In this document: positions 12,068-25,310 of the stretch, one piece after another
Numbering within the stretch: position 1 is the first letter of the stretch
How the letters are laid out: each line of letters starts with the position of its first letter
Assembly: GCA_028534125.1 (NCBI GenBank)
Contig: CM052818.1
Location: forward strand, 31,498,001 to 31,562,000
DNA: 64,000 bases
Reading direction: 5' to 3'
Source of the DNA: Lama glama
Lineage: Eukaryota
The notes under the pieces: generated by a model
What the model saw: the letters and a program-made list of their open reading frames with translations, nothing else
Told to the model about the DNA's origin: nothing
The model's database searches: none
Position numbers and translations under genes: made by a program

Positions 12068-13235
12068 CCGAGGCAAGGCTTATTCTCATCACCTAGGTCC
12101 CTGGGAAGGATCTGTAGAGCTCATGACACTCCTGTGCCACTGGGAATTTGAGGCTGGCCAAGGTGCCCAGTCAGCCCCTGGGTGTGTTTCTGTGCCTGGC
12201 TTGGGAACCTCTGAGGACAGGGGCTGTGAGGAATGGCTGGGAAGTGGTGCTTGTACAGCTGATGATGGTCAGAAATGCTTGGCAAAACAGTGATCCATTG
12301 GAAAGCAACTGTGTCTCTCCCCCTTTCCCTCACTCCTTCAACTAGGGCACAGACTGTTCCCTGGTGGGATGGGAGAGGACTAGAGAAGCAGGATTGGCAG
12401 AGGAAACAGTGCCCTGTTGGCTTCTCCTCGTCTACTCTACCTCATCCCCTCTATTTCTACCAAACAGTAAAACTTGGTTATACCAATAGTCTTGTGTCAG
12501 TGCTTCTTTGGGGAATGCAGGGAGAGGGACGTGATACATGTGGGGCAAAGCCACGTGGAGAGCAGGTGGGGGTTCCAGGGGATGGACCTGTGAGGGTGGT
12601 GATCAAGAGTTCACTGGAAACAAGAAATTGCATTGAGGGAAATGTAACTGCAGAAGTCCCAGGGATTGGGCAGGAAGGATGCCTGCTTGTGAGATGGGAG
12701 AGCTAGGCAGGTGACCTGGACATTGAAGGGAAAGTTGAGCCCAAAGGCTGGAGGACTTGGGGAGAGTTAGTCTTAGGGGGACTCATGTTTGACTCAGCCC
12801 CTCATTCTCCATAGTGCTAGCCCAATGTGTAGCATACAACAGATTCCCAATAAATCCCTAGTAAATAAATTATGCGTTGCAGGGTCCATTTGGAACCAAA
12901 ATACTATATAATATGCATGGGAAGATCCCAGGCTACAAACCAAAATCAAACTATGCGTGGGGAACTTATAAAGGGTGTAGTCTTCCCTTTTCAGCCCCTC
13001 CTGGCCCTGTGGAATTTCTTTCTTTTTCTCTTTCCTAAGTTTTCTCCTAAACAGGTTCTCCCTGGTGACTGACCCCAACTTGTAACCTTTTTTTTTTTAA
13101 ATCAGATAATTGTTCCCTGTAATCTAGAATTCTCATCAGTGCAAGCTATCTTTTATTTCCCCTATTCCTTTAAATCAAATTTTATTACTTTTTATATACT
13201 AGAGTTGAGATCTCCCAATCTCTCTCTCTCATTTC

Positions 13236-13910
13236 TGCTTTATTGAGACATACTTTACCTACTATAATAGTCAGCCTTTTAAAGTGTACAGTTCAGTGGT
13301 TTTTAGACTATTCAGAATTGTATAACCACCACCAGTTTATAAATCCAAGACATTGTCATCACCCCAAAAGGAAGTCACTCCCAAGTTCCTCTTCCCAAGA
13401 GCCCTTGGAAACCACTAATCTACTTTCTGTCTCTATAGATTTGATTTCTTGATATAAAGGGAATTATGCAATACGTGGCTGGCCTTTGTGTCTGGCTTTT
13501 TTTTTTTTCCTCTTCACCTAATGCTTTCACAGCTCATCAGTGGTTTAGTATACATCTGTACTTCATTCCTTTGGTTGTGGTTGAATAATATTCCGTTGCA
13601 TGGATGTACCACATTTGTTTATTCATTCATTTGTGGATAGATATTTGGGTTGGTTCATTTTTTAACTACTAGGGATCACGCTGCTATGGACATTCATGGA
13701 AAAGTTTCTGCGTGATCACCCATAATTATTTCTTTTGGGTAGATGCCTTGGAGTGGACATGCTGGGTCACATGATAACTCTGTTTAACATTTTGAGAAAC
13801 TGCGAAATTGTTTTCCAAAGTGGCTGCAGCATTTTACTTTCCCACCAGCCATGTATGACAGATTTGATTTCTCGGCATCCTCACCGACACTTGTTCTGCC
13901 TTTTCTATTT
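13236..13910 (-). mobile_element. Old L1M (L1MB-like) 3' region
   Basis: ttttaaagtgtacagttcagtgg…accactaatctactttctgtctctatagat…ttttccaaagtggctgcagcattttactttcccaccagc. Confidence 0.85.
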
Positions 13911-15104
13911 TATCTGCCAATCTTATTTTTAAAAAGGTGATTTTTCTTTTTTTACTGCTTCTCTCTGGACTGTTGATGAGAAGATTATCCCACAAGCCAG
14001 GAGTTGAAAATTTTTCACCTGAACGGATATCAACATGTCTAAATCCTTTGTTTACATTACAGCTATTGCTCCAGTATATAAATTTAGACCCACTTCAGAA
14101 AGGAGTTTCCTCCAGCCCTGGTGGAAGAGAGAATAATATGGAAACTGCTTCCTCTCTCGGTTCCTAGAGAAGCTACATGTGGGTCTGTATGTGTTCCTTG
14201 TTCCTTGGAGGCACATGAGATGGAAGGAGGACAATCACAGTTTACATCGTGCCCTCAGAGCTCCGGCGGGAATAGCCAGTGTTTGTCAGCATCCGATAGC
14301 AACAAAGCATGCTGTGGCTCTGGCAATTCGTTTGCCTTCTCCCAGGAACCCCAGGGCAGCTGCTAGGAATCTCTCCATTTTCTGGATGAGGCTACTTGCC
14401 TTATGTCACCCAGCTAAGAGAGGATGGAGCAGGAACTCCAACACAGGCCAGGCTGTGCTCCCCTGTCACCCGCAGGCTGTTTCCAAGATCTTTCCATCCT
14501 GTCACTGACTTGGGGGCCTCAGCAGGACCCTTTCCCTACATGCCCCATTCCCTGCTGGTGAACCAGACACCTGCAGTCTCAGCCCCTCGCAGGCCTGACG
14601 GGCTTCGAAGGGCCTGTCCAGGTGGCATGGGGCTGGTTTGGTCAAAACTGAGCCCTAGATTATGCTTTAGCTGTTTTCTTTTCCACTTCATTGTTTCCCT
14701 AGGATGTCTGCCTTCCCAAAATAGCACCGGGGCATTCCAGGTAAACTCAACATCCGACCAAAATCCCCATTCAGCCAGAGGGGTTCCGGCTCGCCACTGT
14801 TTTCCTCCCTGCCTTTGATGACTGTGGCTGGGGAGGGGTAGGAGTCGGGGCTGTGGAGCCTGCACAGAGAGGGAAGTGGGAGGAGGGAGGGGAGAGGAGG
14901 CGCTCAGTCAGGCTCTCCTGAAAGCCAGCCAACTGGCCTCCAACCGTCTGCCCCAAGGCTAGAGGGCAGCCATGCCCCTGGTCTTGGGGAGTGTCATGAA
15001 AACTGGAGGAAAGAACTGGGCAGGGTCCTGTGGCCTATGCTGTTTTGATGAGAGAAAGAAAAAAAACCAAAGAAACAGTGTGGACCCAAATTCTGCTCTG
15101 ACTT

Positions 15105-15360
15105 TTGGAGGCAGCATGGTACAGTAGAGGAACACTGGCCTTGGAGTGAAACAGAGCTGGGCTGAAACCTGGCTCTCGTGCTTACCAGCTATAAGCCATG
15201 AGGCAGCTGATCATACTAGCCCTTCATTTACCATGCTGAGCCTCTGCTTCCTCATCAGTAAAATGGGGATAATAGTGCCCACCATGAGCAAAAAACTGAT
15301 GGATGCAAAGCCCCTGACTGGGCCAGGCCCATGGTAGGCACCCAAATATATACATGAGTT
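15105..15360 (+). mobile_element. MIR SINE
   Basis: ctgagcctctgcttcctcatcagtaaaatggggataatagtgccc. Confidence 0.8.
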
Positions 15361-15419
15361 TCCTACCTACTTCCTGCAGTTAAGAAACAGTTGCTTATTT
15401 TTTCATGGCATTTTAAAAC

Positions 15420-15580
15420 CACTTTTTATTGTAGTGAGAACATATAAGATCTACTCTCTTAGCAAATTCCAAGTACTTAATACAGTATTATTAATTATAG
15501 ACACCATGCTGTTCATTAGATCCCCAGAACTTACTCATAACTAACAGTTTTACCAACATCTCCCTATTTCCCCATCCCCA
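15420..15580 (-). mobile_element. L1MA-like 3' end fragment
   Basis: agatctactctcttagcaaattccaagta…aatacagtattattaattatag…accatgctg…ttagatccccagaactta. Confidence 0.7.
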
Positions 15581-16198
15581 AGCTTCACTGCCTTTATTAC
15601 CCAAGTGTTGAGAAGGTCCTGGGGGACAATTAAGAAAAGTGAATAAAAGCACAATTTCATCAGACAGGCAGGGGCCGCAGTCTCTAACTTTGTCTGCTTA
15701 TGTACATACCCCGAACATAAATTTCTTACACTATCCACTCCTACCTCCAGCACGTTTTAAAAATGAAGTCTAGAAATTGTTTATCTAAGCTTAAACAGCT
15801 ATAAAGAGTGTGTTTTCTGGCATATTGTAAATATTGACATTTAAAACTAGTGGTTACATCACACTTTAAAACTTATACCATGAAATATACCGTCTATGAT
15901 TTGATACCCACTGTGATCCACCTAAAAATATATGAAAAAAGCTCATTTAGCGTTCAGAAACTTTAATCCTTTTCTCTCCATACATTACTATTCCTACTTC
16001 CTCCACAGATTTCTGTCTCATTGTACTATTTTTGATGAATCAAAGTACTTTATTGATCACATTTAAATAAATGGAGAAAGCCATTTTTAGCATTTAATTT
16101 AGCCCATTTCCTCTGTGCTCTCATAAGATTCTCCCTTGAGTAGGTATCCTTTGATGAAGTAGGAGGAAAGAACAAGGTTGTTAAATGATAATTGTTAT

Positions 16199-16396
16199 AA
16201 ACTACTATATATAAAACAGATAAACAACAAGTTTCTACTGCATAGCACAGGGAAATACATTCAATATCTTTTAATAACATATAATGAAAAAGAAAATGAG
16301 AAAGAATATTTCTATGTATGTGTAACTGAATCGCTATGCTGTACACCGGAAACCGACACCACACTGTAAACCAACTATCCTTCAGCAAAGAAAAGT
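16199..16396 (+). mobile_element. 5'-truncated LINE-1 3' UTR
   Basis: tatatataaaacagataaacaacaag…gctgtacaccggaaacc. TSD aaatga(t/a)aattgttat at 16183-16198 and 16397-16412, at a TT/AAAT site. Confidence 0.88.
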
Positions 16397-17739
16397 AAAT
16401 GAAAATTGTTATTGCTCCTCATCACCAGTGCAGGACCCCGCAGGCTCTGCGGGTATGGAACCTTCCAGGGAATTGTTCCTTAGGTTGGGTGCCCCTTCTT
16501 TTGCAAAACGGGGAGAGCCTGAGTGTGCAAATTTAGTCTTGTTTCCATGTAATTCCATTTTAGGAAAGACGGCCCATGGAAGTTGGAGATCGGGAATGTG
16601 GTTTCCTGATTACTATTTTGGCCTGATTACTCTCTGGAACGTCCTGTGTATCCCAGTTGGAAGACAGCTGATTCCGAATTTGAACTCCAGCCTCACTACT
16701 TACTAGGGCGTTAGGTAACCCCAGGCAAGTTATCAGACCTGTGGCTTTCCACAGAGGATTGTGATTGGAATAAAATGAGGCTAGAAGATATTATGCTACA
16801 AAGTAGGCTCTCAATAAATAACATGGATTCTTAGGGGACACAGTTTTCACTATTTAGTGTAGATGAAATTAGGATGTGTGTTATTATTATCAGGGTGTAT
16901 GTTTGATGGGGTAGGGTTTCCCCCAAAATCTGTTATTAAATAAATGGTATGCCTTGCAGTTGATGACCACTTGGAATTAGAGATATGGGGCAGGCTTCAT
17001 CCTTCTGGCTTATTCTCAGCCTGGCTTTTTGGGGTTGCCAGGGCTTTACCTAATAACATTCTGAACTGGCCTCGGTGGCTTCAGGGGCCAATTCTACAGC
17101 AAGAGCATGTGATGCCTCCTGGATCCTTTTCCTGGGTTGTGGCTGTGGCTCAGAGCTCATCAGCCTGTAAATCTTGTTGAGCTCTTTCCTCTGGGTCCAT
17201 CAGCCTCAACTGTGAGTGCCTCCAAATTTCATCTGATGTTTGTTTTTCCCTCCACATCTTTGAAAATGAAAATTTCCTGCAATTTTCTTTGATCGATTTG
17301 ACAGTTCATTGTCCAGAGGAGCTATTGGCCTCCCTAGTTTGGAAGACTTCACTGTGTACTTCCTATCATTTAAAAGAAATAAAGTCCACTAAAGAGAGGT
17401 CTTAAAATTGACCCCCGTGAGACATGACTTGAAGTTACTTCCAGAGAAGGCTTTGTTCCTCTTCTCTTAAGGAGGTCTCTATCCAGTGTGAAACTTTCTC
17501 CAGCAGATGTTGCCAAATGAATACCATGAAAATTCACTTTTAACATTTTATTATGGAAGATTTCAAACAAATACAGAAATAAATAATACAGTAATTCCTG
17601 AACCTCTCCCAGCCCTAGAAAGAGCCCAGAAGTTCCCATTTTGCAGAAGCACCTCCAGTGGATTTGACGCACTCAATGGACCCACACCCTGAGAAAGGCT
17701 GATCTATATCAGGTAAAGCTTCCAAGCCCCCACCTCCCC

Positions 17740-18215
17740 AGCCATCTCTGGTTTCACTCCTTGGCCTCACCTCTTGCTGCACCCCACCTTGTATTCTGCC
17801 CCAGTTTCCTTGAATTTATTTCGAGTCTTTGAATGTGCCCTGCTCTCTTCAAAGACTTTGCACAGGCTTTGCTTCTGCCTGCAACACTTCCAGGCTCCAC
17901 TGTACATCCCCACCCCTCTTTGCTTAATTAACTCCTACTCATCTTGGGGTCCAAGTTTGGCATCACTTCTTCCCTAACCTTCAATTCCAGGTCAGGCGTC
18001 CCTCCCACCTGCTCTCCCAGTGCCCCTCCTTCCCTTTCATAACAACCATTATACTGCTTTGTGGTTGCATCATAACTACTGGCCTTGCTCTCCTAACAGA
18101 CTGTAGGCTCCCTGAGAGTGGAGACTGCATCCACCCTGTCAACTGCTTTAGTCCTGGCCCTTGGCACCTACCTGGCACAAAGCAAGGATTCAGCAAATAA
18201 TCACTAAAACGGAAT
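17740..18215 (+). mobile_element. L2 LINE 3' region
   Basis: actttgcacaggctttgcttctgcctg…aactcctactcatctt…agactgtaggctccctgagag…cctggcacaaagcaagg. Confidence 0.75.
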
Positions 18216-18621
18216 TCAATTGAGTTTATTTCAACCACACAAAATAGAGACAATTTTAATAGTAGAAAATACACACATTTTATTTCTGTGCAGTCTAAAA
18301 ATCTCAAACACTAGCATATTATGTGCAAATACAGTCAAACTTACAAACACCTCTTTTCCGTAACATTTATTGGTTCTGTGTTCACTGGTTTTTCCCTTAT
18401 TTTTTGGTCAGCACTTGTGGATAGATATGTAGCAGTCATTATAAAATAATTGAGAAGAATGAAGAAATGTGTCTCCACTTACTTAGTTCTAGCCCCTTAT
18501 TGAGAAAAGATGGTCTTTATTCACATTTTAGTGAAGCTAGAGGGACGCCAGCAAGTTTTGAGGGTGCTCTTCTGCTGTCTCTCCATTTTCATTCGCTCCC
18601 ACAACAACATACCATCTATTC

Positions 18622-18927
18622 CTGCATGATCCAATAGGCTAGCCACTGGCCACAAGTGCCTATAAAGCACTTGAAATGTGGCTAGTGCAAACTGAGATGT
18701 GCTGTAGTTCTAAAACACAGACTGGATGGCAAGAAAGAATGTAAAATAGCCCATTAAAACACATAATATTGATTACATGTTGAAATGGTAGTATTTTGGA
18801 TATGTGAGGCTAAATGAAATACATTATTGAAATGAATTTCACCTCTTTCTTCTTACTTTTTAAATGTGGTTATTAGAAAATTTAGAACGATGTATGTGAC
18901 TTGCATTGTTTCTATTGGACGGCGCTA
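18622..18927 (-). mobile_element. MER33 hAT-Charlie DNA transposon
   Basis: tccaataggctagccactggccac…cacttgaaatgtggctagt…attgattacatgttgaaatg…ttctattggacggcgct. Confidence 0.85.
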
Positions 18928-18934
18928 ATCTATA

Positions 18935-19085
18935 CGGCTATTTAAACTCTCTGCCACTTTCCTTCTGTTAAATGGGGGAAACAATACCTTCCTCATAGGA
19001 TTGCTCTGAGGATAAAATGAGTTAATATCTGTAAGACACTTAGGACAGTACCTGGCATATAACGAGTGCTTTTTAAATGTCTGTG
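18935..19085 (+). mobile_element. MIR SINE (3' half)
   Basis: cctcataggattgctctgaggataaaatgagttaata…cttaggacagtacctggcata. Confidence 0.8.
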
Positions 19086-19127
19086 AAATAAACACACAAT
19101 GCTTACCATAGTTGGCATCTAAACCCC

Positions 19128-19500
19128 TTGCATTAGCCCAGGTCCCCTATAAACAGAACTTGAGGCAAAGCTCAGGGGCTTATGTTTTATTGAAGGCTAT
19201 ACTCCCAGGGGAACAGGACCGAGGGATGGAGGGAAACGAGGCGGGGGAGGAAGGAAGCAAACACAGGGTGGTGGACTGTGGAGGTTGCCACAGCTTCACA
19301 AGGAAATGTGCAGCTGGTTGCTTGATCATGTGAGCCATCCAGAAAGGCTGAATAGAACCACTGCATCTTAGAAGAGTGGTTGGAGGGGGAAAGGTGAACA
19401 TTTTATCTGCCAGTTCCTTCTCACCTCCTGTTTCATGCTGGTTAAAGTTTTTCACTTGTGGTGTTAAGTTCTTTGCACTTTCTGGTCACATCTCTGAGCT
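19128..19500 (-). mobile_element. Probable ancient ERVL LTR (LTR16/LTR33-like)
   Basis: tgcattagcccaggtcccctataaacagaacttgaggcaaag…ttttattgaagg resembles LTR16/33 ends. The far boundary is uncertain. Confidence 0.45.
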
Positions 19501-19839
19501 CCTCTGGGCAGCAGCAGGGTAGTCAGAGATGCCAGGCATCTAGAAAAGCTGGACCTGGGCCCTGGAGCCGCTGAGGGCCTGCCAGGGCAGGTGTCATGGA
19601 TGCCTTGAAAAAGCCTGACCCTTACCCCTGGAGGATCAGCCAGCCGGCCCAGATGAGGCAACGGCAGTGGCAGCGAAGCTTTATAACTGGGGGGAGGTCA
19701 CCTGTGGTGGGGGCTGCACCAGCTAGGAGTCAGGGCAAGCAGCCCAGGGGCAGAGGGGCCAAGTGGAAATGGGGAGGGAAGTGTCTTGTTGAGGCCCCTG
19801 GACACCCCTCTTCTGATATCCTTCTCACTACTGGTCTTC

Positions 19840-20905
19840 TCCCCTCGGACATCTCAGAAACATCTCGAGTTTTCCATGTCTGAGACTAAAATCTTGATTT
19901 CCATCTCCAAGTCTCCTCCCTAACCCCAGACCCTCCATTTCCTGTCTTCTACAGCTCAGTAAATTCACCCACTTGCTCCAGCCAGAAACCTGGGCACGCC
20001 ACACCTGAGCTCCTCCCACTCCCCCGACCCCAAGCCCCACGGGCCTCCATTCACAAGCCCCTCGATTCTCCCTGCAAATCCTATTTCTTCATCTCCACCT
20101 GATGGCCAGGCCCACCGGTCTCTATCTCTCAACTGCTGCAGTAGCTTAAAGGTCTCCCTGCTTCTCCTCTTTCCTCTCTCCCATTCTTTTCCCACATAGC
20201 AGCCCAAGTAATCTTTAAAAGGTATAAAAACCAAATCCTGCCTCTTTGCTACTTTAAAACCTTACCGTGGCTTTCCAGCCTTTAGAAGCAAATCCAAACT
20301 CCTTACCTTGATGGACCAGGTTCTCCCCAACTTTCCTCTTGTCTGTCTCCTCCTCACCTCATCTCCTCCCTTCCTGGTTCCCTGTAAGGCAGCCTCATTC
20401 TTTCCTGACACACACCTGCTGTTTTCCTGTTTTAGGGCACCAACTGATGGCATCCTGTCTGCTTCTGTTTTGTCATAAAGTTTTATTGGAACATCAGCAA
20501 TACAGACATTTATGGACTATGAGGCCTCGCCTGTTTGCTGTCTGATCCTTAACAGAAAAAGTCTGCTGACCTTGTGATAGGACCTTTGACCTTGCCTCAG
20601 GCTTTTCCCTAACTTTTAGCCCAGCTGCTTTCTTGACTGAACTCAAATTGAGCTTCCTTGACAATCTTGTAACAGAAGCTTGTACCTCAATCCTCATCTT
20701 CACCCCACCCTTTTATTCTCCATCCACTCTGCTTCCTACCTTTCTAGCACCTTCTCAATTTGGTATCACATATTTATCTATTTATTTACCTATTTTTTGT
20801 CCGTTTCCTCCCCTTATCACAGGAAGCTCCACAAGGGCAGGGACCAAGGCTGTTTTGTTCGTATGGTGCCCCTGGCACCTCCAGGTGTCTTCTTTTACTG
20901 ATAAA
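19840..20905 (+). mobile_element. L2 LINE remnant interrupted by MER58A
   Basis: catctc…catgtctgagactaaaatcttgatt…ttgctccagccagaaacctggg…aaatccaaactccttacc…aagctccacaagggcagggacc. Confidence 0.8.
20432..20575 (+). mobile_element. MER58A hAT-Charlie fragment with internal deletion
   Basis: ctgttttgtcataaagttttattggaaca…ccttaacagaaaaagtctgctgacc. Confidence 0.7.
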
Positions 20906-21624
20906 CTACTGGCATAGACTTGACCTTTCAAAATGGTTCCCATCCCCCTCACCACCACAGTTGCCTGTGCACCTGTCCCAAGGTTCTGTGATGGCTGAGA
21001 ACAGCGTGGGGGTGATGACGCTCCCAGGGAATAAGGGAGTGTTATCCATAGAAACAGTCCGAGTCAGCTTGTTGGGCAGCGCCCACTCCACGAGGCAGTG
21101 GGGAGCAGGTCCTCAGCTGCTGCACCCGCAGTTGTCCCCTCCACAGCCACCAGGGGGCTGCACCACCTTCCAGGGCCTGACTCCTTCCTAACTTCCCCGG
21201 GGTACCGAAGGACCGGGGTCTGCTGAGCAGGGGGTCCAGGCGCAAAGCAACAGCTCAAGGGGATGGAGGAAGCAGGCCTGGTATCCTGTCTCTGCGGGGG
21301 GCACAGCCCGAGCACAGGTAGCAGGAGCCCATGGACACATCAGCACTTCAGGCTGAGACGCAGACCAAGCACACTGGCTTCAGATACGCACAGGCAGTCA
21401 TGGGGTGGAGGGGGCAGAGCAGGAAGTGACTTAGAGAACCACTCCCTCTGCTTCACAGATGAGAACACAGAGATCGAGAGAAAGGAGCTGGCTGATTAAA
21501 ATTAGAATCGACTAGAATGCAAGTCTCCCCGTTCTCCGGTTATGCCCCTCGAGGCTGAATCTTCTAGGCTGTTTTTCTGGGCAGTATCTAGAATGGTAGG
21601 ACGCAGGATATCTCTGGAATGCTT

Positions 21625-21875
21625 TCATGTAGAAGGCTTGAAAGAGCCCTGAACTTAATGTCAGATGGACTTAACCTCAGACCTGGGCTTGAATCCTGGG
21701 CACCCAATAGCTGTGAAGCCCCACACCTCTTTGAGCCTCAGTTTCACATCCATAAATTGAAACGAGTCCCTGAATTGCTGGGAAGTTTTGAGGATAAAAT
21801 GAAGTAACACCTAAGGTGCGCCCAGCAAGTACCAGACACCTAGTAGTCATGTGGGCATTCAATCAAGACTAGTTG
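21625..21875 (+). mobile_element. MIR SINE
   Basis: agacctgggcttgaatcctgg…ctctttgagcctcagtttcacatccataaa. Confidence 0.75.
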
Positions 21876-22839
21876 AATTTTGAGCAACCCAGTTGGCAGA
21901 GGAGAGGGCAGAGGCAGGAGTTCAAATACCCATGGCTTTTTAACAGCCTCTATAATAACTACAAGTACATTCACAGAAGGAAGAATCCATGACAAATGTC
22001 CCTGTCCCATCCCACTCTCTCCATCCCAACTCCCTGGAAGGCCAATACAGCCATTGATCTGGGCCACCTTTAGTAAATAACAGAAATGAACAAACATTTA
22101 ACTCTGACTAAGGCAAAACTCTGTGTTCCGGTGTTGCGAGGATGATAGTCTCTCCTCCACGTGTCTTCTGAATAATTAAGGTGTGTTCTCCTAACATTTT
22201 ACCTTCTGGGATTCAGGCCTCAGTATCTCCCAACCCTGCCCTTGTCTCTGGATAGTTCCTCAGGGAAGGCATTCCACCCTCTCTAGGCCATTTTATTACT
22301 ACCCAGTGGAACATGCTATTATTATTGTGATGTTTTACTTTCCTGGAAGGCCTGAAAGAAATGTGTGTACACAAAATGTTACTATTGCCATAATGGCTGA
22401 CCGGTTGCCCTGTCCGGGGGTCAGAGTAAAGCGATGGAGGCCAAGATCATGCATTTGGTCTCATCTCTGCAGATTTTATTCTCTGCCTCTTCCCTAGCCA
22501 GGTAACCATCTGGGATGAAAACAAGAGGGGCTTGTGTAAATCCATTAACCCTTTCTGGGAGAAAAGCTCCAATGTACAGGCCACTGATAGCCAGTTATTA
22601 ATGTCCTCTGTGAGATAAAATGACACTGTTTGTTTTAATGTGGGCATTTATGCAGAGGCCCTTGAGATCTCAGGGTGTCCTGCTTCCTCAGATCTGGGCT
22701 GCCCCACAGTTCTCTGAGGAATTCCGGGTGTTAGCAGAGCCTGCAGTGGGGGAGCAGGGCCGAGCCGCCCACCACGTCCATCCAGAGAGGTTCTACTTTT
22801 AGCTGTTTGCACATCAGGCGTCTCTATAAGATTACATTT

Positions 22840-22980
22840 GAATATGAAAACAAATATATGTATGTACGTGTATGACTGAAGCATTATACTGTACACCAGA
22901 AATTGACACAACATTGTGAACTGACTATACTTCAATTAAAAAATTTTTTTAATAAAATAAAATTTTAAAAAACTAAAAAA
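22840..22980 (+). mobile_element. Very short LINE-1 3' end with A-rich tail
   Basis: gtatgactgaagcattatactgtacaccagaaattgacacaacattgtgaactgactatacttcaatt. TSD core attacatt at 22831-22838 and 22981-22988. Confidence 0.85.
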
Positions 22981-23089
22981 ATTACATTGGAACTGAAATA
23001 TCTGCAGCTGAAAACCAGTTTGAAAACTGGTGCATTAAAGACTTAAAATAACGGCCACCAGGCTTCATTCTGGGTGATCTACGTGTCAT

Positions 23090-23490
23090 CTTGTGACACA
23101 CGTTCCTCCTCATAACTATTTCAGCAGGTGTTGTTGGACCCATTTCACTGACAAGGAAACCAAGGCTCAAAGAAATGAAGGAAATGGCCCTGAGCACTAA
23201 ATAAGGAAAGAGCCTGGGACTGGAACCTAGGTCTATCTGGCTGAAAGCATTTCCTTCAGACCCTGCAGAGTAATATCAGAGCACATTGCAAATAACACAG
23301 GACTTTGAACTGGAGCTCTGGGTTCAAGTTGGGCTGTGGGCTATCCCTACCTGAGAGGTCCCTGACTAGGCGCTTTATGTTTTCTGAGTCTCGTTTTCCT
23401 CTCCCACAAAATGGGCATGATAATCCCAGTGAGCCGAGGCACACACCACATCAGATCCTAGTGGTGCTATTTGTATGGAGTCTTGGCAAA
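23090..23490. mobile_element. Two MIRs in opposite orientation (- about 23090-23250, + about 23290-23490)
   Basis: cccatttcactgacaaggaaaccaaggctc; tctgggttcaag…tctgagtctcgttttcct…aaaatggg. Confidence 0.65.
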
Positions 23491-24189
23491 TAGATCAGAC
23501 CGCCTCCCTCAGGACCCCTGACCCCCCAGTGGGGCTAAATGGGCACCGCAGCCAGCAGGCTCCCTGACTCCCAGTGACCCAGGCTGGGGGTTGCTGAACC
23601 GCAAGGACAGAGTCTCCCGGGGGGGCCAGAGGCCCCTAGTTGCTCAGTCTGGGGCCACGGGACAGGCTCAGGATTAAAGTCAGCACTCAGCTCTCTGGGG
23701 TGAGAAATGCCTTTCACCCCACAGACCTCTTTAATTAGCTGGGAGCCTTAGAGCAATACCTTTTTCAGGTGCTTATCAGTGCTTCCTGATGAAGTAATTA
23801 ATGGGCTTCTCTTCTCCACTGAGCATCCTTCTGCCCCGAGAGGGCTGTGCTTGGAAGGAAGGTGCTGATTAGTTCCTGTGTGATTATCTGGTTGAAGCAA
23901 CTGCTTCAAGTCTCTGCAGAGCATCCTCGATGCTTGCTCTTCCCTAAGCGAGATGCCAGCTCTCTGTTTATCCCTTTTGCTGGGTGCCAGCTCTGCCCAC
24001 AAAGCTCAGCCTCTTCCGCAGACAATCTCTCCCCTCCCCCATCACTGTCAGCGTCTGCAGGTGGCACCCTGATGCCCAGGGCCTTGTTTTGAGCCTGTGA
24101 GCCAGCATGAGGAAGCTCTCAGGTTGGTTCCTGGAAACAACTCAAAGCAAGTCCGGACTTTCTAAGCCTGCCTTGATGAAAAGGGTGGC

Positions 24190-24305
24190 AGGGTGTTGTG
24201 GAAAGAGCCCTCACCTGGGGCCAGATAACTGATTCTCAACTCAGCTGTGTGACCTTGGGTAAATGACCCTTTCTTTCCTTGTCTCAGTTTCCTTAGCTAT
24301 ATTAA
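24190..24305 (+). mobile_element. MIR SINE fragment
   Basis: agctgtgtgaccttgggtaaatgacc…tctcagtttcctt. Confidence 0.7.
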
Positions 24306-24464
24306 AAAAAAAAAAAAGGAGTGAGTCTACAATCAGGGATGGCAAATCCCCAGTGCCATCTGTGACAAATGCTCACAGCTCTGCTCTGCATGGAGAACAA
24401 CGGAGCCGCAGCCAGCCTCCACAGGAAGACTGAGTTGAAGAGGTAGACCAGTCATGGCTGGTAC

Positions 24465-24625
24465 AGGGGCTGGTACAGGGGCTGTGGCATTTGGGTAAGG
24501 ACAATTCTTACATCCTTTCAGGATGCTCAGCATCCTTACTCAACATTCACTAAATGGCAAACAAACACCACACATTTCTAAAGGTCCCCTGAGGGGGCAA
24601 GCTGTCCTTGGTTGACAACCACAGG
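24465..24625 (-). mobile_element. MER20 hAT-Charlie fragment
   Basis: caggatgctcagcatcc…gtcccctgagggggcaag…ggttgacaaccacag. Confidence 0.6.
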
Positions 24626-24639
24626 TAAAGAGACGGAAG

Positions 24640-25310
24640 TAAGAGTCAGGATTCTTTTCACTGCAGATGATCAAGACTATATTTAAATTAGCTTAGCTAA
24701 AATGGAAATGATTGTCTATGTGATAGAGAAGCCACGGGAGAGGCCCGGGATACCTTTCTCTATACAGCAAAGATAACATCTCCCCCTCAGGGGCATCGAC
24801 AGGAGAGCAGGTTTTCCATATGCTTGCCTCTCATTACCCTCTTTCTGTTTGGGGGGAAGTGACAAAACCAATGAGCACCAAGGCCTTTCCAACTGCAGAA
24901 GCTGAGTTAGGGAGAGAGTCCCCCTCCTCATCCTTGACATCTAGAATATTAGCAGGGACTTAAGTGCAGCCAATTGTGGGCACCTGCACAGGACCTGGAA
25001 TCTAGAGAGAGGCCACGTACAGGCTCAAGGGTGGGTCTCTCAGGAGATAATCCTGGCGGTAGTGTTAAAGTTGAGCGTTGGGGCTGCTAAGTGCCCAGGA
25101 GTGATGGGCTCCAGCGGCACCCAGGCTGACCGCTCCTGTGCTGGACTTGGATGAGCCTTTGCCGTCCTGGAGTCCTGCCTTTGCCCTTTTCTTCAGCCTT
25201 CCTGTTGATTCTGTGAGTGACCCAGTACCCTTCCAAGAAGTGATTTTCCCTATTAAGTTAACCAGAGTTGGTTTCTGTTGCTTGCAACCAAAACCTTCAC
25301 TAATACCATT
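24640..25310. mobile_element. Ancient MLT1 (MaLR) LTR fragments in both orientations
   Basis: agtcaggattcttttcactgcagatga… at 24640 and …ccagagttggtttctgttgcttgcaaccaaaacc…actaata at about 25260-25306 are MLT1 LTR ends. Confidence 0.55.

Noticed and set aside
15660..16120. Possible ancient hAT-type transposon remnant
   Set aside because: It looks repeat-like, but I cannot assign a family or ends with confidence.
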